Shown one piece after another: positions 55,500 to 64,000 of a stretch of 64,000 nt of DNA. The stretch spans positions 47,554,001 to 47,618,000 of the forward strand of contig OZ024749.1 of NCBI GenBank assembly GCA_964016885.1, given 5' to 3'. The notes below the pieces were generated by a model, which was given only the letters and a program-made list of their open reading frames with translations, made no database searches and was not told the origin of the DNA. The number at the start of each line of letters is the position of its first letter. The first letter of the stretch is position 1. A program made the position numbers and the translations under genes. This DNA is from Eledone cirrhosa (taxonomy: Eukaryota).

Positions 55500-56082
55500 T
55501 AATTTGAAGACTAAAATCCGAAGAGGGCTCGAAAGGATACATATATATCAAATATATAAGAACCGTAGAGCAAATATTTATTAAAATAACAGATTAGTGT
55601 TTAAGCAAAGAATCGCTGCTTTCACCCTTAACGTGATCTTCTGAAACTAACAAAGTCAATCGGTAAACGCAGAAGTGGATATTTAAAAAAAACATACCGG
55701 TATGTTCTTTGTAGAAATATTCAGATGTTGTTTCTGCATGATGAGTATAAGTCAATAGAGTGCTCAACCGAGCGAATCTGTTATTTTAATAAATATTTGC
55801 TCTACGGCTCTTATATATTTGATATATATTTATCCTTTCGAGCCCTCTTTGGATTTTAGTCTTCAAATGTATTATTATTACTATGTGGCTCCCTCGGTTG
55901 AGCACTCTATTGACTTATATTCATCATACATAAACAATATCTGAATATTTCTACAAAGAACATACCCGTACGTATTTTGAAATATCCACTTCCGCGTTTA
56001 CAGATTGACTTTGTTAGTTTCAGAAGATCCCGTAAAGGGTGAAAACAGCGATTCGTTGCTTAAATTTTAATCTTTTATTTTA

Positions 56083-56088
<6 letters not shown>
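55500..56088. mobile_element. Family E element: inverted copy plus partial tandem (294-nt unit), two CAGAAGA hammerhead-like motifs
   Basis: aatc.tttattttaataaata at 55775 and 56069 defines the unit; 55500-55772 is an inverted copy spanning the unit junction; motifs at 55599-55647 (-) and 56017-56065 (+). Confidence 0.85.
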
Positions 56089-56125
<37 letters not shown>

Positions 56126-56308
56126 CCCTCCATCTCATCTCTACTTTTGAAAACCAGAAGAACTCCGAAACCGCTAAAGGAACCAAATAAATATATATAT
56201 TTTTACTTAAATAAGACTCCAGTTGCATTTTAGATTTCATCTATTTTACTATATACTGTCACTCGTGTAGGACACCTCCATTATTTTTCATTTTGTAAAA
56301 AAACTCAC

Positions 56309-56419
<111 letters not shown>

Positions 56420-57087
56420 TAGATATAGATATATAGATATACTTATATAGATATACTTATAAATATAGCTGCGTAAAATTTAGAGTTATATATATCTATA
56501 TGAGTGAGCGTGTATGTGAGTATATATAGGTTTTTGTTTTATGGGAATACACAATGAGAAGTTTGGTACAAACTAAATTTGGTAACTCAGCTTCTAGATT
56601 CTTGAGAAAATAGCTTCAGTTTTGAGTGTATGTTATTGAGAGCAAATATCACTTCACAAAATTAATTTCAATTTATGCAGTAGAAAACCGATTGTTATAT
56701 GGATTTTCAAATCAGTATTCAAGTGCACTTAATGATCAATACGCATTCAGGCCTTTCCATTCAACGGTCCTAGCGCTATACAGAAAAAAAATCAATACAT
56801 TTTTATATAATGTGAAGTGGAAATGACATTTTATTGAAATGGAACTTCTACAAGTTTACAAATAATTATACGTTCGGCTGAATTTAGATCTCGTATATAA
56901 AACAGGATGTATGGCATTGGACCGTTGAGGTAACCAGACATAAAAGTATAACATATTTTATGTCTAGGAATCACTAAACCAATTTTCTTGTACACACAAT
57001 TACTTATGGACGTGTATACGTGATTACGTCTTTATTTGTGTGCGAAAAAGAAAAGGAAAATCACTGAGGAACGATACAATAGAATGA

Positions 57088-57147
<60 letters not shown>

Positions 57148-59759
57148 TTACATAATGTACCATTGATTTGGTAAATAGAAAGACAACATTGTAGACATTG
57201 TTTTGCAGGCTGTATGTTTTTGAAAGCATTCCCACACAGTACCACCCGGGAGATGTTATTGTGTGGCAAAACAAAGTCCTCTGGCGTTTGGCATATTCAG
57301 TTATATGATTCACATATATGTAAGGTGCCTTCAAAACAATGATTTTATATAATGATGTGGGAAATATATTTGAGGTCTAACATAACCTGGAATTTGTTTA
57401 TGGCATGCTATATTTCACATCTGAAAAAGCGCTATTTTATTTACTAGCTTGTATGTTCATGTGTGTATAGAAATATCGTGTTATATGCTATTAATATTGC
57501 TACAATAAATAGTTGTAGCATTATTGATACTAGTGGTGTGATTCATTAAATAGACATCAATGTTACTATCTCATCTCATGAGAAATGTTTGTATGCTTCA
57601 AATATATATGGGAGCGTACGTTTCATTTACTCTATATTGCGTGATACAGGGGTGTCTTGTAGACAGTAAACTTCTTCTCGCAATCTGTAACAGGAAATAT
57701 TGCAGAAATATTGCATACTGGTGCCTACTTTACACAAAGCTTCGGCAAAATACTGTTTAATATTGGTTCGAATATCCAACATCATAATTTCGCTCGGAGT
57801 TGAGCAGATACTAAAAAAATAGCCGTAAACATAGATCACCAGCAAACTATTTGTATGATATATTTAGTAAGATATTTGAACATCAAATTCATCATTTAGC
57901 AAGGCAGACACAATTACTACATTCAAAACAAAATCATAATAATATTAATATAAAAGCAATGCATATAAATGGTCAATACTCCAATAGACCGGAACATTGA
58001 TAGTTTTATTCTTGAAATAAAATAGATTGCATGTGAGTTTGGAAATCTAATTAAAACAATGAATTAACATATAATACATTTGATGTTCGGAGTTAAATGT
58101 TTCGTTCATCATTATAAATACAGTTTTCTAAATAATTATAGGGTTTTATATACTACTGACAATGTAAATCAATAATAGTTTAGTATCGTTTTCTATATTT
58201 CAACCCAACCAGAAATTAGTGGGAGTATAAATGCTATTCTTTATACATGGGAATTCATACCGTAATGCGTTTTCATTTTCTCGATTAAAAAAAAGGGAAA
58301 ACAAGTGCGTATTTTATCGAAATCAATCATGCGCCTTCATGTATTTATGGGCGACTGTAAAACATTTTCATAAACTTTGGTGTATTGTGTCAGCAATTAC
58401 GTACAATTTTTAAATCTACATTGCAGAACGTTGAAAGGGATACAATGCAAAACGGCCTGTAGGAGGAGGTACGAAAATATGTTAACTGGTAATCGCTGTT
58501 TTCATTTTGTTGTTGGCGTTCTGTTTTCTGTACAATATTTCGAGACCTAAAAGTCCATATTACACTCTATCTCTTTCAACGTTATATATTCTATTCAATG
58601 ATTCAAGCAAACTGCAACAATTTATTATATTGTTGAAATTGTGGACATCTCTTTCAATATACGCAATGATGCTTGCTATTCTATATTTCTATTAGGAAAT
58701 CGCTGCTTTGGATGCGATTTGGGTAGCATGGCAATTGTTAGTTTGTTTATAAAAGTGGCATCTAATGTGTTAAAATAGTGATCATGTAAAGGCATGACGC
58801 CATGGCTATTTTGCAGTGGTGCCTAACAGGTGTGCATCCCACACCACTTCACGCTGTATCCTCCTGAGAATGATTTTGAGACACATATCTGCAGAGTGCT
58901 CCACAATTGCTTTTTATAATTGAAGACATGGAAGCATCATTATAAGAACCGATGTACGCTTCATTATGATATTCAGCAAACTGACTGGATTAGATTATCA
59001 TTATTATATGTATATATTTACACGAACAAAAATGGAAAATGAGAGGTATATCTATATTCCTAAACAACAAACACATGTGCTAAACTTAACTTAGTAAACG
59101 TTTTACTGCAGAGCGTTACATTGGTGTTAGAATATTCGGTGATAACATCGCAATTCTTTGGTGCACACAATAACTCTTAGGTTAAATAAAGTTATGCAGA
59201 AACCTAACTACGATAAAGTAAAAGAGATTAAGAAATATTGTTTATTTTTCTTGAATTTTGACATTATTAATTTTGACAGCACACATATAAATGCATATAT
59301 ACGTTTAGTATATTATTACACTGTATTGTAATACATTGGTATATATGAAATGAATCAGCGAGGAAATGGTAAATTAGATTGCCCGGCTTGTATTACTGCC
59401 ATGATTCGACATGAAGAAGGAAAGGTGCTGACCAGGACCGAATGCGTACAACAGTATAAACTTAGCAGAATCCATCAGCACCTTTATCATATACGTACGG
59501 TAATGTTTATAATTGTGGTAATAGACGAACTGAATACTTGGGAAAGCGAGACGAGGAGAAAGAGAGAGAAAAAAGAAATAGAGATATTTGCGTAAACCAA
59601 TCACGGCATTTCTAAATAACAGGCTCCTTTTGAAGGGGCTCCATTATTTTCCCTATCACTGCATCATTTAATCATGACTACTATTGTTCCCATGGTAATA
59701 TAATGTATGTGGATTTATTACTTCACTATTCGATCGATCACATCAATGAATATAAATGT

Positions 59760-59930
59760 GTTGTCATGTTGCCACTGGTCTCTGCCTGTGATATTGCATG
59801 CACGTCGTTCTCAATAACTCTACCTTTGCATTTATTCCGACAACCTCAATTCACTTCGCAACATGCATCGAAGCAATGCGCAGAATACTGGCGGCAGCCT
59901 GGTGATATCCTCTTAGCATGGATATCTACC
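59760..59930 (-). pseudogene. Possible very old RTE LINE relic
   Basis: Minus frame EDITRLPPVFCALLRCM...ERR...QWQH loosely resembles RTE EDM.RL.RN..SMLRWMC...ERRLRW.GH. Confidence 0.25.
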
Positions 59931-61757
59931 ATTATGTACATATATCTATGTTTAACAATCAATTCAGAACCTGTCAAACTACGAATTTCAAGAGTTTTCG
60001 CATATTGATGACAACCCCATCAGTGCATTACTACTGTGCATCCTTAAAGTTCTTGGGTATATATAATTGTCGTTTGGACTTCAAGTTGAATTTCTTTTTA
60101 TTACATTTTTAATTGGATAGGATTGAGGTTATTGAAACTGCGGTTTGCTGTGTACCTAAAGATCATCTCGTCTGATTGTATATTATTCCATATTACCTAT
60201 GAATATCCTAAGATATTCATAATTAAATAATGGAAAACTCATTTATTTATATTGGAGAATATCCCAGAGTAGTTATATATCTAGTCATGGTTTTGTCATT
60301 TTCAATTTAAAAATGCTTGTGTCGTCCTGCACAGGTGTTCCTATGCAAGAGTCATGCATACAACTGCTGGTACAGGTAAAGCTTCCAAATATAATACAAA
60401 ACAATAAAATCATTCCTGAGATCAGCTAACATGTGAAATGTGCGTACACGTATTAATATAACGGTATGTAAATATTGTACACAAAACATTGGTGAAGAAT
60501 GTAAATGACAGATTATATACAGAAAGAAATGATGTGACGACGAAATAGAAAGTCCACTGTAGTGACTATTTACATTATTTGTTGGTCAGCAACATTAACA
60601 TTGAGCCATCATGGTTATTAATCAACGATAATTTGGATAATTTGGCAACAATTTTCTGGTGCAGGCTATATGTTAATTCAGTTTGTCTTTAGAATGATCT
60701 TCTGTCTGTTGAAAACTATTTGAAATAATGTTCATAAGTTTTAGAAAGGTTCTTGTGCAATGGCATTATTATTATAATTCCATTACAACCTACTCGTATA
60801 TTGGCGAATGCATCTATACTTGAATGTCCTATATAATTGAGAAGGATGTATAGCAATTCAAGTAGCATAAATTATGAGGAAAGGAAATTAAAAGTCACTA
60901 GACAGATTTACGAGAAAATTATTAGAATGTTAATTAATTTGAAATTAATAAAATATTGATTAAATATATATTGTATTTCATTTTATAGCACATGTGTTGA
61001 TATTTAGATATAATAGAAGAAATATAATATATATGCATAAACCTTGTTTCGTCTGGGATATAATGCCTTGAAATAGAAACGTCTGTATTTAAAGTTATAC
61101 TTAATAAGCATCAATAAATTCAAATATTTCATGTACACTTTTATAGAAGTTTTAATATGTTAACATAATGTGTCCGCACTCCTCTTAGACCCACGCAAAA
61201 TGTATGAGTGGACAAAAAACACTAGTGTTTCAGAAAAAAAACATGTTAATACCATAAAAACGTATCCTAATTAAGAAATAACATATTCTGTATTGTTTCA
61301 AAAACCTGATCAATCACTGTAAACAGACATAATCAAAACAATGGATATGTTTCATGGTAACGATGGTCATCTACTTAAAACATTCATGAAGATCGCATAG
61401 TCGGGTCAAATTTAGTGAATATTTAGTACGGACTCTAAATCATATTGGCAAATAATTATCGTTTCATGCATTCATATATATTGATATGTTTTAATATTCT
61501 TAATCATACATTGAATTAATGTTGTTTTTGTATATGTGACTAATGCTTAACAACCGTTAGGTTAGCTAATTCCTCTATAATTCAATTTTAATTATTGAGC
61601 ATTGTATTGCTGTATGAATATTTCCTCAGTGTTTAGTGGTGTCAAATGAAAGCTTCAACACCTTGGTGTAGCAAATATGTGACAAAATGACGCCGATATC
61701 TACTTTCGTTGCTATTGAGAACAATATTAATATTAGGGTATGCTTATTTTATTTCAA

Positions 61758-61942
<185 letters not shown>

Positions 61943-62352
61943 AACAATTTAGCTTTCCTGTCATATCTTACATATGTTACTACTTACCTTATCTGAAAAG
62001 AAAGTCATCTATGTCAGCTAACTATTTATATTTATTATTTCTATCACATTGTCAGAATAGTTTAACCTGTCTGAAAATAATTTAAAATATACCGAAAGTA
62101 CGATTCAATACACGAAGAAGACATAAACAGAAATAATATTGCTTTATTACTTGTTTTCAAATATACATTATGTTTGGGGTAAATCATAACTGAGTAATAT
62201 TCTACACTTCACTTCATAAAAAAAGAACGACTGGTTTTGTGATGCCCAAAGTATTTGACAAATGTGACATTAATAGATAATATTTAAAATACATTATCGA
62301 TTTCATTCTATCTAAACGAAACAGTAAAAGAAATCAGCCACATGAACATCAC

Positions 62353-62353
62353 C

Positions 62354-62430
<77 letters not shown>

Positions 62431-62450
62431 AAATAACAATAATAATAATA
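62353..62450 (+). repeat. (AAT)n microsatellite
   Basis: Direct reading of the sequence. Confidence 0.95.
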
Positions 62451-63158
62451 AACAATCGGTTTCTTATTTTATCTGCTTATTCCAAATTTGGTGGATGTGA
62501 TATTCATTAAAATATCTAACCGCCCATTATAATGATTTTTATATCTTCTAAATTATCTCTAAAACTCTAACTTAATGTGGCGAATGGTTAATGTTTATGT
62601 ACCAAATGAAAAAAATGACATCGATTAAAATAGCGATAATCATCGCTTGAAGAGTACTTGCTTTTATTTATGTATTTATTTCATATAACTTTTTTACCGT
62701 AAAGGATTGCGCTAGAGTTTATTTATTTAATTTTTTTTTTTTTTTACTATGTTGGTCACTTCCCCTCGCCACACTTTTATTTCTTGCCATGATTTCATTG
62801 ATTGCTACTGATGTAAAATGATTAGTCGGGTAATACAAAATAACACGCCGATATGATATAAAAGAAAAAGAAGCAATTATGAAACAAATGAACGAATGGC
62901 TAATATGAAGAAAATGAAGTGAAGATTTAGTAGAAAATTATGAGAATAATCAATGGCATAGTAACATTTTTAGTTCGTTAATTTAATTACAATCTAATAT
63001 CGTTACATACACATATACAAATGAGGAAATCTAAAAATAAATATGTATGTGCATACATAAGCTCACGTATAGAGACAGAGACATACTTACAAATACACGC
63101 ATCTCCACATGCACACTGACTCACACGTATCATCACGCTCTGTGCCCCCAATCACGTG

Positions 63159-63247
<89 letters not shown>

Positions 63248-64000
63248 CATACATGTGTGTGTGTGTGCGTCTAAGTTTGTTTGCGTGTGTGTGTGATACT
63301 AACTGAAACTTCCCATACCACGACACGATTTTCTCGTTTTTCATTTACGTAGCATTATGTAAATGCAACACCATATATGAGCTATGAATACATGCACTAT
63401 TGATATTTAAAGGATGAGTACATTACAATAAAATGATTTCAGGCAAAATGATTTTCATTTTAGACCTTGTATGTTATATTTTACAAACACATTATGTGGA
63501 CATGGAGACGTATTTTTTATCAGTAAAGGACAGTAAAGGACAAGTTATATAAAATACGTCACAGAACATCTGGTGTCACGCAGTGAGGTATGTAGAGTTT
63601 GTTTATATTTTATTTAGTATTAATATACTCCTGCCTAAAACAAATATACATGGGGATGAATTCATTTGTTTGGCAAACGGTGTTCATTTGCGTCCTGCAT
63701 TCTGCAGAATTATGGACATTAGAGTTTTACTCCATTACTCAAGATGTAAAACAGGTGAGAATTATTTGTTTCACTTCGTTAAGGAGGAAATATAATTAAA
63801 TTGGATGTACTAATGATATTGCTGGTTGTATGTTTAAGGAATATTTACGAATATTTATTTATGGTTCCATTCATGATGTGTGTACCAATCCTTACAGTCA
63901 AATAAAACATTGACCTCTTCCACAATGCCTTCCTAATTTGTATTCTAATTAGCTGCGATATTGACTAAAATGCACCACTATAATGTTAATACGACATCAT

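Noticed and set aside
58780-58910. Minus-strand VVWDA(T)C resembling a CRE endonuclease motif
   Set aside because: It is a single short motif with no flanking RPDG or downstream conservation.

Overview
This is an AT-rich, microsatellite-saturated animal genomic window with no intact host gene that I can support. It looks intronic or intergenic. The dominant tRNA-derived SINE looks like an octopod cephalopod repeat, which is an inference. Almost every ORF in the supplied track is a (TA)n/(CA)n/(GA)n translation artefact. Real coding relics are all from retroelements: a Penelope-like (PLE, Naiad-type) GIY-YIG endonuclease fragment (4327-4611 -), a PLE reverse transcriptase fragment (53440-53938 -), an RTE LINE 3' end with an (AAG)n tail, a CRE-like endonuclease C-terminus, and a few weaker relics. 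The main signal is a dense population of short (about 100-600 bp) non-coding elements embedded in (TA)n tracts. Many show inverted and/or partial-tandem architecture. Together they carry about 20 type I hammerhead ribozyme motifs from roughly 10 unrelated sequence families. Several motifs have intact CUGANGA/GAAA cores and palindromic stem III, and some have U3-A8 or U4A core variants. This fits non-autonomous PLE pLTR or retrozyme-like elements, with relics of candidate autonomous partners in the same window. All folds and alignments were done by eye and need computational confirmation.
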